Below are positions 38,034 through 46,804 of a DNA stretch of 64,000 nucleotides, one piece after another (within the stretch, counting starts at the first letter, position 1; each line of letters begins with the position of its first letter). The position numbers were made by a program, and so were the translations under genes. Location: positions 59,459 to 123,458 of the forward strand of contig CAZPQM010000002.1 in the NCBI GenBank assembly GCA_964588995.1. The letters run 5' to 3'. The stretch comes from an uncultured Rickettsiales bacterium (lineage in GTDB: Bacteria > Pseudomonadota > Alphaproteobacteria > Rickettsiales > UBA8987). The notes below the pieces were generated by a model that did no database searches, was not told where the DNA came from, and saw only the letters and a list, made by a program, of their open reading frames with translations.

Positions 38034-38840
38034 TTACCGCTTAAAACGAGAACGCTGCAACAGCCCCGCAACTGGAAACAGCATGGAAAAGAGCGCTGCG
38101 GAGGCGGCGACAATGGACGGGCCGGAGGGCGTATCCAGCGCAACGGAACCCCACATGCCGAGCGTGACCGCGATGATGCCAAGCAGGGTGGCGACCATCG
38201 CCATTGTCTCAGGCGAACGGACGAGCTGGCGCGCGGTTGCCGCCGGGATGATCAGCATTGAGGTGATGAGCAAAATGCCAACAATGCGGATAGAGACTGC
38301 GACGACAATGGTCATCAGAAACATTAGCAAAAGATGCATCAGGAACACGCGCACATTCTCTGCGCGGGCAAGGTCTTCATGCACCGTCATCAGCACAAGC
38401 GATGACCAGTTAAAGAGTAGCGCAATCAACACCACCGCACTACCTGCATAAATCCACCAGAGATCTTGCATGGTTACGGTAAGAATATCGCCGAATAAGT
38501 AGGCATGTAAGTCTATCCGTTGATCGAGCAGGCTGATTGTCACCATACCGACCGAAAGCGCCGCATGTGCGAGGATACCAAGCAGCGTATCGGTAGCGAG
38601 CACTTTCTTTTGTTGCATCCAGAGCAGTAGCAGCGCAAATAAGCTGCAGATGACAACGGTGCCGATATGCGTGCTGATGCCAGTGGCAAGGCCAAGCGCG
38701 ACACCGAGTAGCGCGCTGTGGGCGAGTGAATCTCCGAAATAAGCCATACGCCGCCAGACGACGAAACAGCCCATGATCCCGGCGATTACGGCAACGCCTA
38801 TGCCGGCCGCTAATGCGCGCAGTATAAAGGGTTCAAACAT
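38034..38840 (-). CDS. znuB: Zinc ABC transporter permease
   Basis: GCFVVWRRMAYFGDSLAHSALLG, YLFGDIL, VGILLITSMLIIPAATAR. Confidence 0.95.
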   Translation of the reverse strand: MFEPFILRALAAGIGVAVIAGIMGCFVVWRRMAYFGDSLAHSALLGVALGLATGISTHIGTVVICSLFALLLLWMQQKKVLATDTLLGILAHAALSVGMVTISLLDQRIDLHAYLFGDILTVTMQDLWWIYAGSAVVLIALLFNWSSLVLMTVHEDLARAENVRVFLMHLLLMFLMTIVVAVSIRIVGILLITSMLIIPAATARQLVRSPETMAMVATLLGIIAVTLGMWGSVALDTPSGPSIVAASAALFSMLFPVAGLLQRSRFKR

Positions 38841-39552
38841 CGCATTCCTCATGCGTATGGTTATGGCTGTGTTGATAGACGGCCATCATATTTGCCATAT
38901 CATGCCCAAATAGTGAGACGAACTCCGGGTCCTTTGTTACAACCTGCGGCTCTCCTGAACAGCAGACGTGGTGATAGAGGCAGACCACTTGCTTGGTAGA
39001 GGCCATCACCATGTGCAAATCGTGCGAGACCATGAGAATGCTCATTTTCCGTTCGTTATAAATACGCTCCAGCAATTTATAAAAGCCGAGCTGTCCGGTC
39101 ACGTCGAGGTTTTGCGCTGGTTCGTCCAGCACCAGCAGTTCAGGGTTATCCAGCAGAGCACGCGCGAGCAGGGCGCGTTGCAGTTCACCGCCGGATAGCA
39201 CGTAGAGTGGTTTTTCCAGTAACGCTTCGATGGCGGTTTCTTCGATGGTGCGTGCAAATGTATCCGGTTTGGCCTGTTTTCGCAGCCGCAAAAAACGTTT
39301 CACCGGCATCGGCATGGTATGGTCGGCTTGTAATCGCTGCGGAACATAGCCGATTTTCAGCCCGTCTTTACGTTTTAGCGTGCCGCTATCGGGCGAGTAA
39401 AACCCCATTAGGCATTTGAGGAGCATGGACTTCCCGGCACCGTTCGGACCGATGATAGTGATAAAATCCTGCTCGTCGATCGTCAACGATACATCCTTCA
39501 GGATATGGTTTCCCTGCCGGATGACGTTGAGTTTCTCAGCATTGATCAGCAC
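38833..39552 (-). CDS. znuC: Zinc ABC transporter ATP-binding subunit
   Basis: GPNGAGKS, LSGGELQR, LDEPAQNLD, HVCCSGEP, His-rich tail; start placed at GTG 39552 after the zur stop. Confidence 0.95.
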   Translation of the reverse strand: MLINAEKLNVIRQGNHILKDVSLTIDEQDFITIIGPNGAGKSMLLKCLMGFYSPDSGTLKRKDGLKIGYVPQRLQADHTMPMPVKRFLRLRKQAKPDTFARTIEETAIEALLEKPLYVLSGGELQRALLARALLDNPELLVLDEPAQNLDVTGQLGFYKLLERIYNERKMSILMVSHDLHMVMASTKQVVCLYHHVCCSGEPQVVTKDPEFVSLFGHDMANMMAVYQHSHNHTHEECDV

Positions 39553-39553
39553 G

Positions 39554-40018
39554 TTAATGCTTCGCTGCGCAAGGTGCGCAGATGCCTTCAATTTCCAGCG
39601 TAATGCGTTTGGCCCAAAACTGGTTACGCTCTGCCGTTGCTGCAATTGCTTGTTTCAGTTCGGCGTTACAGCATTCCTGAATATCCCCGCACTGGTTGCA
39701 GATAAGGAAATAACAAGCCGCGTGTTTTTGCGGATGGGAACAGCCCACATAGGCATTCTGGCTATTGAGTTTGTGAATCAGCCCGTGCTCGAGCAGGAAA
39801 TCGAGCGTGCGATACACGGTAGGGGGTTTGGCATCAATCCCCTGTTCTTTCAACTGGTCGAGAATATCGTATGCTTTTGCAGGTCCCTGACTCAGCCAGA
39901 TCATGCGTAAAATTGTACGGCGCAGCTTAGTGAAACGCAGGTTCTGTTCATCGCATAGCTCACGTGCTACGGATAAGGCCTCATCGGGGGAAATTTCATG
40001 GTGCGTATCGGAATGCAT
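39554..40018 (-). CDS. zur: Zinc uptake regulator (Fur family)
   Basis: AKAYDILDQL, KPPTVYRTLDFL, CSHP, CNQCG and CAPC zinc motifs. Confidence 0.95.
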   Translation of the reverse strand: MHSDTHHEISPDEALSVARELCDEQNLRFTKLRRTILRMIWLSQGPAKAYDILDQLKEQGIDAKPPTVYRTLDFLLEHGLIHKLNSQNAYVGCSHPQKHAACYFLICNQCGDIQECCNAELKQAIAATAERNQFWAKRITLEIEGICAPCAAKH

Positions 40019-40047
40019 GTGTTGCGGATAAATTCAATTGACTGATT

Positions 40048-40066
40048 AATGTTATACTATACCATT
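40048..40066. promoter_or_regulatory. Zur box
   Basis: AATGTTATA-C-TATACCATT is a 9-1-9 palindrome with 1 mismatch, between divergent zur and znuA. Confidence 0.8.
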
Positions 40067-40095
40067 ACAGCGGTTCACAAGGAGAAATATCTGAT

Positions 40096-41055
40096 ATGTC
40101 AAAGTTATTTGGTGCTCTGTTATTGGTAGTCGCTGTTAGTCTGGATAGTATTGGCGGGCTAAAGGCCAGAGAAGAGCAAAATGTGGTTGCGAGCATTAAG
40201 CCGCTGCATTCTCTTGTTCGTGGGGTAATGGGCGAGACCGGCAAGCCTGTTCTGCTCGTTAAAGGGATTAACTCACCGCATGATGTTTACCTCAAGCCTT
40301 CACAGATGCGGCAACTACAGCACGCCGCAGTGGTGTTTTATATTGATCCGGCATACGAAACCTTTCTGCAGACAACATTTAAGGCGCTGCCGGAGGAGGT
40401 TCGCACTGTATCGCTTATGAAAGCAGAAGGCATCAAGCAGTTGCCGGAGCGCAAGGGCGGGGCTTGGGAGGCGCATCACGCACATGATCATCACAGTCAT
40501 CACGATCATCATCATGCGAAAGCGGAGCAGGGCGATGCTACGCCGGATGTGCATATCTGGCTCGACCCGGAAAACGCGGCTGCAATGGTAAAAGATATTG
40601 CGCGTGTGTTGAGTGAAGTCTACCCGGAACATGAGGAGGTCTATCGCATGAATGCGGAGCAGATGGTGGAACGTTTGCGTATACTCGATGAAGAATTGCA
40701 GGCAATGCTGGCGCCCATAAAGGAGGCGGCGTATATCGTGTTTCACGATGCCTACCAGTATTTCGAGAAGGCGTATGGCTTGCGCGGTGTGGGCTCGATC
40801 ACGCTGGAGCCAGATGAATCTGCTTCTCCCAGGCGCATTCAGGCTGTGAGGGCAAAGTTAAAGGAAACGGGCGCAAAATGCGTATTCCGCGAGCCGCAAT
40901 TTTCTGATCAACTGATTGATAGGGTGATAGAGGGTACGGAAGCGAAGCGTGGAACTCTCGATCCTCTCGGAGCTCATCTGACAGATGGAGAGGATTTGTA
41001 CTTTGATCTGCTGCACAATATGGCGAGCAGTATACGAGATTGCTTAACGCGCTAA
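40096..41055 (+). CDS. znuA: Zinc ABC transporter periplasmic binding protein
   Basis: VVASIKPLHSLV, SPHD, His-rich loop HHAHDHHSHHDHHH, DVHIWLDP, FHDAYQYFE, LDPLG. Confidence 0.95.
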   Translation: MSKLFGALLLVVAVSLDSIGGLKAREEQNVVASIKPLHSLVRGVMGETGKPVLLVKGINSPHDVYLKPSQMRQLQHAAVVFYIDPAYETFLQTTFKALPEEVRTVSLMKAEGIKQLPERKGGAWEAHHAHDHHSHHDHHHAKAEQGDATPDVHIWLDPENAAAMVKDIARVLSEVYPEHEEVYRMNAEQMVERLRILDEELQAMLAPIKEAAYIVFHDAYQYFEKAYGLRGVGSITLEPDESASPRRIQAVRAKLKETGAKCVFREPQFSDQLIDRVIEGTEAKRGTLDPLGAHLTDGEDLYFDLLHNMASSIRDCLTR

Positions 41056-41065
41056 CGCTATAGCA

Positions 41066-41461
41066 TCAGTAAAAAATATGGACGGCGATAAAAGCGAAGA
41101 AAAAGCCGATAGCCCAGATGACAACAGAGCCCCAATATATCCAGCCGCTTATTGTGCGGAGCCTCGTACAGGCTTTGGCCTGATCGGGGTCAATGGGGCA
41201 GGGGGCGTTTCGTGCGCGATAGCGCATAATGCCGGCCAGCATGATCATCACGCCGGAAATGCCAAACGTCCACGCTTTATATTTTGATAACGCCACCAGC
41301 CACGGCGCGGCACTTACAATCCCTGCAAGTGCCGCACCGGCTCCAAGTGTGACAAAGAGTGCGGGCAGCGCACAACAGACCAACGTACCGACTGAGGTAA
41401 ATAGGCTCAGGGTCGGCAGAAACGTCTGTTTTACGCTGTAATGCCCGTTGCTCTTTTTCAT
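41066..41461 (-). CDS. MerT/MerF-like heavy-metal transport membrane protein
   Basis: TLVCCALPALFVTLG Cys pair in TM1, PCPIDP..ACT loop, three hydrophobic segments; start ATG 41461. Confidence 0.75.
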   Translation of the reverse strand: MKKSNGHYSVKQTFLPTLSLFTSVGTLVCCALPALFVTLGAGAALAGIVSAAPWLVALSKYKAWTFGISGVMIMLAGIMRYRARNAPCPIDPDQAKACTRLRTISGWIYWGSVVIWAIGFFFAFIAVHIFY

Positions 41462-41462
41462 A

Positions 41463-41795
41463 TTAGCAGCCTTCCAGAATGTTCCGCACATTATAGCCGG
41501 AATCCGTTATGAGTTTAGTCAAAGTTTCATCCTCCAATGTGGTATCCGGTTTCATACCTACGATAACCAACCCGTCATCCAGATTGACGTTAATATCTGT
41601 TACGTTCTCCTGTTTATAAAAGACCTTTTCCAGCGCGCGGGCACAGAAATCACAGACGAGTCCGTTTACTTCAACGCGAATTTCATTGTTGCAGGTTTCC
41701 GCAGCCTTAGCGGATGTGGTGAATAACATCAGACTTAGTACAGATAGTATGAATAACATCAGACTTAGTACAGATAGTATGAATAACAGTTTCAT
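41463..41795 (-). CDS. Exported heavy-metal-associated (HMA) domain protein
   Basis: Signal peptide; VNGLVCDFCARALEK CxxC; SGYNV. Confidence 0.88.
   Translation of the reverse strand: MKLLFILSVLSLMLFILSVLSLMLFTTSAKAAETCNNEIRVEVNGLVCDFCARALEKVFYKQENVTDINVNLDDGLVIVGMKPDTTLEDETLTKLITDSGYNVRNILEGC
41721..41788. repeat. Perfect 30-bp tandem duplication in the HMA protein signal peptide
   Basis: gaataacatcagacttagtacagatagtat at 41721-41750 and 41751-41780 plus 8 nt; encodes LFILSVLSLM twice. Confidence 0.95.
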
Positions 41796-41815
41796 TGTTT
41801 TTCTCCTTCTTACAT

Positions 41816-42460
41816 TTAGAATCGAATAATCCAGTTGAATAAAACGTCGCCGTCATTGCTGATCCCTGCTTCGGCCAGATACTCGTCTTTGAATAGGCGC
41901 ACCAGCGGCGTGAGCACCCATTCATCTTCCGCAGTCGGGTTATGATCGAGCTGTAGCATCAGCCAGCTGTGCAAATCGCCGTAATCCCCGATATAGGGCG
42001 CGATGCCGACTCGCGCTTTCTGGATGAAATGCTTTTCGATATCGCCCGCATAGAGCAGATGATTTTCATAGGACGTGAAATAACGCCGGTCTTCCCAGTC
42101 AAGCGCGATACCGGTGAAAGCGGCGGGTTCGGTCTTGCTGTCAAACGACTGATAGTCGCTATAGGCCAGACCGGCCCCGCTTTTCAGGTAAAAATTGGCT
42201 TGCGATGCCGGAGCGTTCCAGCGTTTGACCAGATAGTTCCACTGTAGACCGTGGAATTGCCAGTCTTCGTCGCGCCAGTACTGCGCCTTGTAGCCAAGCG
42301 AATGCTTTGCCGTTGGCGAGTAGTGCAGGTGGAAGCTGTGTGCATCCATGTCGTTCATCTGCATGACGTTCCACCCGCCGGGGTACGAAACCGGTCGCGC
42401 CTCAGCCTGCCCGGAAAGGGTCAGCATGATGATGCAGATCAATAGTCGTATTAAAGGCAT
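41816..42460 (-). CDS. Secreted, probable outer-membrane beta-barrel hypothetical protein
   Basis: aggag RBS, signal peptide ..AEA, alternating aromatic strands, C-terminal ..FNWIIRF. Confidence 0.7.
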   Translation of the reverse strand: MPLIRLLICIIMLTLSGQAEARPVSYPGGWNVMQMNDMDAHSFHLHYSPTAKHSLGYKAQYWRDEDWQFHGLQWNYLVKRWNAPASQANFYLKSGAGLAYSDYQSFDSKTEPAAFTGIALDWEDRRYFTSYENHLLYAGDIEKHFIQKARVGIAPYIGDYGDLHSWLMLQLDHNPTAEDEWVLTPLVRLFKDEYLAEAGISNDGDVLFNWIIRF

Positions 42461-42535
42461 AATCTCTCCTTGTATGAAACAATGATCGGCGGCATAGGAC
42501 GCAGCCGATAAACACAACCGTGGTGTGATCAAACG

Positions 42536-42898
42536 TTAGGAGAGGGGTTTCGGCGGTTGGAAAATCAGCTCGTGCAGATTAGAAGGCTGCCCTTGCTGAT
42601 GGATGGGCGGCTTGTCGGTTTTGAAAAGATAGACAGGCTCTTCTATCGTAGGAAGTATGCTGATTTGGGTGCCGTGCATACAACCGCATTGGTCGCATGG
42701 GGCGACTTGATCGCTTTGCGAATGAGTAGTGTCTGTTTTCTCATGGCATGGCATGGTTGCTTGGGTATCCGCTGCCTCCCAATGTATTTCTGACTCATCG
42801 CCGGATAAACAGCAACAGGCGGTCGCAGCGCTAGCGACATTGCCCGCCAGCACTATCAGGCAGGTGCACCAGACCAGAACGATTTTTATCAAATCCAT
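42536..42898 (-). CDS. Small Cys/His-rich exported hypothetical protein
   Basis: N-terminal hydrophobic segment, ACCC, MPCH, CDQCGCMH, terminal PPK; start ATG 42898. Confidence 0.65.
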   Translation of the reverse strand: MDLIKIVLVWCTCLIVLAGNVASAATACCCLSGDESEIHWEAADTQATMPCHEKTDTTHSQSDQVAPCDQCGCMHGTQISILPTIEEPVYLFKTDKPPIHQQGQPSNLHELIFQPPKPLS

Positions 42899-43004
42899 AC
42901 GGCTATGATAACATAAAATGGCAAAGCTGCCAACGGTGAGGCTCGATGCTACCGGAATGGGTGTTATACGCATGATAATGCTTTAAGATGAAAGCCATTC
43001 TGAT

Positions 43005-43519
43005 ATGAATAGAAGCGGAGGGGTGATTATGCTCACATCGCTAAACTGGATTTTACGAAGCCATCGAAACCCGCTCAGCCGGGCAGTATACCGTGTGTTG
43101 CAATATATTACCGGTTCGTATGTCAGCCCCATGCAAGCTTTGCCGGAAAGCCCTGCTTTCCGCACGGTATGCACGGTATTTTCATCAGCGGTGAAGCGAA
43201 AATCGGGAAGGATGCGGTCATTTTTCAGAATGTAACGATAGGAAATAATACGCTGGCTGATAGTAGGCAAGGAGCGCCGGTGATCGGCGATCATTGCTAT
43301 ATCGGGGCCGGAGCCACCCTTATCGGTGCAATCAGAATCGGCGATCATGTGCGGATCGGTGCAAATACGACCGTTCATGCCGACGTGCCGGATCATAGCG
43401 TTGTAGTAGGCGCGGAGCAGCGGGTCATCACGAAAGACACGCCACCGGATAACCGCTTCCGCACCCGCATTAAGGGAAAATGGCATGTGTGGGAGAACGG
43501 GAAGTATAGGCCGGAATAA
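43005..43519 (+). pseudogene. CysE/LacA-like hexapeptide acetyltransferase, frameshifted at ~43147-43150
   Basis: Frame 1 runs ..YVSPMQALPE; frame 2 from 43151 reads PCFPHGMHGIFIS..IFQNVTIG..IGDHCYIGAGA; one base appears to be missing in GAAAG. Confidence 0.8.
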
Positions 43520-43534
43520 GAAGATGATCGCGCT

Positions 43535-44785
43535 TTACAGCTCCCACAGTCCTGCGACATCGAGCACGGTCTTATCGCCCATGGCCTCTTTGTTCAGATA
43601 GCTGAAGGCGCGGTGGGAGACGAGCACGAGAATAATATCTGACTCAAGAATGGCGTTTAATCCATCCGTTAATTGCGTGTGCATTTTATCCAGCTTTTTC
43701 GGAAGCGTGGTGATATGCGGCTCGGCGATATTCAGCCGTATCGTACTATCGGCTGCGAGCGCTTCGGCGATTTCCACAGCCGGGCTTTCACGCAGATCAT
43801 CCACATCGGGTTTATAGGCGAGGCCGAGCACCGCAACCGAGCTGCCTTTTGCCCGTTTGAGCGCGCGTTTGGTCATGTCAACGACCTTGCCCGGCTTGCT
43901 ATCGTTAATCTGACGCGATTGCTTGATCAGCTTCGCCTGTTTGGGCGCACCGCTGACGATAAACCACGGATCAACGGCGATGCAATGCCCGCCGACACCG
44001 GCGCCGGGGCGGAGGATATTCACGCGGGGGTGACAGTTGGCCAGACGAATCACATCCCACACGTTTAGCCGGTGCTTATCGCATATCAGGGAAAGCTCGT
44101 TAGCAAAGGCGATATTGGTATCGCGGTAGGCATTTTCAGTGAGTTTCACGAGCTCAGCCGTAGCGGCGCCGGTCTGATAGCAGTTGCCGCGCACGAAGGT
44201 GCGGTAGAGCGCTTCCGCTTCGCTTGCACAGCGCGGAGTCATGCCGCCGATGATGCGATCATTATCCATCAACTCGGTAATAATGCGGCCGGGCAGCACG
44301 CGCTCCGGGCAGTAAGCAAGGCGGATATCGCTTTGATCGCCCACATCCTGCGGAAACGAGAGGTCTTTCCGCGCTTTCGCCAGAATCCCTGCGACGTGCT
44401 CGGTAGTACCAACCGGGGAGGTGGACTCAATAATCACCAGATTACCGTGCTCCAGCACCGGGGCGATTTCTTTCGCTGCGGCCTCAACGTAAGTCATATC
44501 AGGCGTTTTATCCGCTTTAATCGGGGTCGGGACGGTGATGATAAAGGCATCGGCTTTGACGGCTTTGTCGGTTGCCTTAAGCGCCTTATCCTGCACCACC
44601 TTGGCGACCAATCCTTCGAGATCCGGTTCGACAATGTGTATTTTGCCGTTATTGACGGTTTTCACGACTTCGGGATTTTTATCGACGCCGGCGACCTTCA
44701 GGCCACGGCTTGCAAACAGGGTCGAGGTGGGCAGGCCGATATAGCCGAGCCCCATAACGCAGAGAGTCTTGTGCTTTGCTGGCAT
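43535..44785 (-). CDS. wecC: UDP-N-acetyl-D-mannosamine dehydrogenase
   Basis: MGLGYIGLP, ESTSPVGTT, CPERVLPG, GVGGHCIAVDP, AYKPDVDDLRESP. Confidence 0.93.
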   Translation of the reverse strand: MPAKHKTLCVMGLGYIGLPTSTLFASRGLKVAGVDKNPEVVKTVNNGKIHIVEPDLEGLVAKVVQDKALKATDKAVKADAFIITVPTPIKADKTPDMTYVEAAAKEIAPVLEHGNLVIIESTSPVGTTEHVAGILAKARKDLSFPQDVGDQSDIRLAYCPERVLPGRIITELMDNDRIIGGMTPRCASEAEALYRTFVRGNCYQTGAATAELVKLTENAYRDTNIAFANELSLICDKHRLNVWDVIRLANCHPRVNILRPGAGVGGHCIAVDPWFIVSGAPKQAKLIKQSRQINDSKPGKVVDMTKRALKRAKGSSVAVLGLAYKPDVDDLRESPAVEIAEALAADSTIRLNIAEPHITTLPKKLDKMHTQLTDGLNAILESDIILVLVSHRAFSYLNKEAMGDKTVLDVAGLWEL

Positions 44786-44796
44786 GTTTTGTTTCC

Positions 44797-45966
44797 TTAT
44801 GCTTTTTTCAACCTCTCCCCCTGGGAAAGGTAATTTCTATCCTTCTCTATAATCGCCTCGGCAATGCGCTTCGCGGCGTGTCCGTCTCCATAGAGGGTTT
44901 CACCGCCTTGCATTGAAGCGTAAAAGATTTCATCCTTCAGAAGCTTATCCGCATAGTGCTTTATTTTCTCCGGGTCGGTGCCGACCAGTTTGGTTACCCC
45001 GGCTTTTATGCCTTCCGGGCGTTCAGTCGTGTTCCGCGTTACCAGCACCGGTTTTTTGAGGCCGGGCGCTTCTTCCTGCACACCGCCGGAGTCGGAAATC
45101 AGGAAATGGCAGCGGTTCATCAGGTAGATAAAGGCGAAATAATCCTGCGGGGCGGTCAGATGAATGGCAGGCTGGTCGGCAAGAATACTATCCGCGACCT
45201 GCTTGACTTTGGGGTTCAGATGGACGGGGAAGATGATTTCCGCTGACGGATGCTCTTCCGCAATGGCTTTCAGGGCTTCACAAATTGAGGCTATGCCGCC
45301 ATCGTGGTTTTCGCGCCGGTGAGCGGTTACGAGGATCAGTTGTTTCCGCTTGTCTAAAAAGCTGAATTGCTGCTCCAGCCTGCTAAGCTGCGCTTTATCT
45401 TCATGCAGTTTCTTCAGGAAGTAATGCAGCGCATCGATCACCGTATTTCCGGTCATGTAAATGCTTTCAGCCGGGATATGCTCGGCCAGTAAGGCCTTTT
45501 CCGCCGATTCCGTAGGGGCAAAATGCAGATCGGTCGCAATGGAAATAACCTTGCGATTAAATTCCTCAGGCCACGGCGCGGACAAGTCGCCGCTCCGCAA
45601 CCCCGCTTCAATGTGGCCAACCGCAATCCCGGCATAAAAGGCGGCGAGTGTCGTGGCAAATCCGGTGGTCGTGTCACCCTGCACGAGTACGCGGTCAGGC
45701 TTATGTTTTTCCAGAACATCCGTCACAGCAAGAAGTGCTCTGCTCGTAAGCTCAGGCAGGGTTTGATTCGGTTGCATCAGATCGAGATCAATATCTGCGT
45801 TTAGCCCAGCCATCTGCATCATTTGATCGAGCATTTCGCGGTGCTGCCCGGTTACGCAGATGATGGACTCGATTTCCCGGCGCTGCTCAAGCTCCAGCAG
45901 CACAGGAATGAATTTTATGACCTCCGGACGCGTACCGAATACGGAAAGGACTCGTATTTTCTGCAC
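44797..45966 (-). CDS. wecB: UDP-N-acetylglucosamine 2-epimerase (non-hydrolysing)
   Basis: VFGTRPEVIK, VQGDTTT, HIEAGLRS, TAHRREN, SDSGGVQEEAP, TERPEG. Confidence 0.96.
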   Translation of the reverse strand: MQKIRVLSVFGTRPEVIKFIPVLLELEQRREIESIICVTGQHREMLDQMMQMAGLNADIDLDLMQPNQTLPELTSRALLAVTDVLEKHKPDRVLVQGDTTTGFATTLAAFYAGIAVGHIEAGLRSGDLSAPWPEEFNRKVISIATDLHFAPTESAEKALLAEHIPAESIYMTGNTVIDALHYFLKKLHEDKAQLSRLEQQFSFLDKRKQLILVTAHRRENHDGGIASICEALKAIAEEHPSAEIIFPVHLNPKVKQVADSILADQPAIHLTAPQDYFAFIYLMNRCHFLISDSGGVQEEAPGLKKPVLVTRNTTERPEGIKAGVTKLVGTDPEKIKHYADKLLKDEIFYASMQGGETLYGDGHAAKRIAEAIIEKDRNYLSQGERLKKA

Positions 45967-46011
45967 AAGTAAGTTACCTAGTTATTTCGTGAATGTAACT
46001 TTAATACGCTT

Positions 46012-46794
46012 ATGAAAGAGACCAAACTTAAACCGTTCAAAATGCCCGAAGCGTATCAAGATAAACGCTTTGTGTTTCTCCGCTGCCCCATGGACGGGCT
46101 GACGATGCAGGAAACGGTGGATATCATTGCCGAAGCCATTGAAAAAGGACAGGCGGTTCAGCATGTCGTGGTGAATACGGCGAAGCTTGTCAATGTGCAG
46201 AAAGATCAGGAGCTTAAGCATAATGTCGCAGAGAGCGACATCATCAACATTGATGGGCAGGGCGTGGTTTGGGGTGCGCGTTTGATGGGCCATAAAGTGC
46301 CGGAACGGGTCACCGGCGTTGACCTGATGGACGCGCTCATGGCACTGTGTGCGGAAAAAGGCTACCGGCCTTACATCCTCGGGGCAACGGAGGTGGTGCT
46401 CTACAAGGCGGTTGAGAATATTAAAAAAACCTATCCTGCTATCGAATTTGCTGGGTATCGCAACGGGTATTTCGATAAGGAAGAAGAGGCGAACGTGATG
46501 CAGGAGATTGTCGATACGAAGCCGGATATGCTCTTTATCGCCATGCCGTCGCCGCATAAAGAACGGATCATGACGCAATATAAAGACAAGCTGCGTATTC
46601 CCTTTATGATGGGGGTCGGCGGCTCGGTCGATGTGTTCGCAGGCGTGACGAAGCGCGCGCCTAAATGGATGCAGAAATGCGGGCTGGAATGGTTCTACCG
46701 TATTATGCAGGAGCCAGGGCGGATGTGGAAGCGCTATCTGGTAACGAACACGAAATACGTGTTTTACCTGCTTCGGGAAATTATCTGGCGTTAG
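46012..46794 (+). CDS. wecG: WecG/TagA/CpsF-family glycosyltransferase (GT26)
   Basis: IDGQGVVW, RVTGVDL, GVGGSVD, RAPKWMQKCGLEWFYRIMQEPGR. Confidence 0.88.
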   Translation: MKETKLKPFKMPEAYQDKRFVFLRCPMDGLTMQETVDIIAEAIEKGQAVQHVVVNTAKLVNVQKDQELKHNVAESDIINIDGQGVVWGARLMGHKVPERVTGVDLMDALMALCAEKGYRPYILGATEVVLYKAVENIKKTYPAIEFAGYRNGYFDKEEEANVMQEIVDTKPDMLFIAMPSPHKERIMTQYKDKLRIPFMMGVGGSVDVFAGVTKRAPKWMQKCGLEWFYRIMQEPGRMWKRYLVTNTKYVFYLLREIIWR

Positions 46795-46804
46795 CGCCGG
46801 GATG

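Noticed and set aside
41066-41795. Mercury resistance (mer) operon
   Set aside because: No merA, merR or merD in the window; only transporter-like and HMA components are present.
35555-42973. tRNA-anchored integrative element or prophage
   Set aside because: No integrase, phage or conjugation gene, and I found no direct repeat of the tRNA 3' end by eye.
44072-44833. 253-aa antisense ORF opposite wecC, and the many other 60-200 aa overlapping ORFs in the track
   Set aside because: They lie fully within well-supported genes on another frame or strand and have no recognisable motifs.
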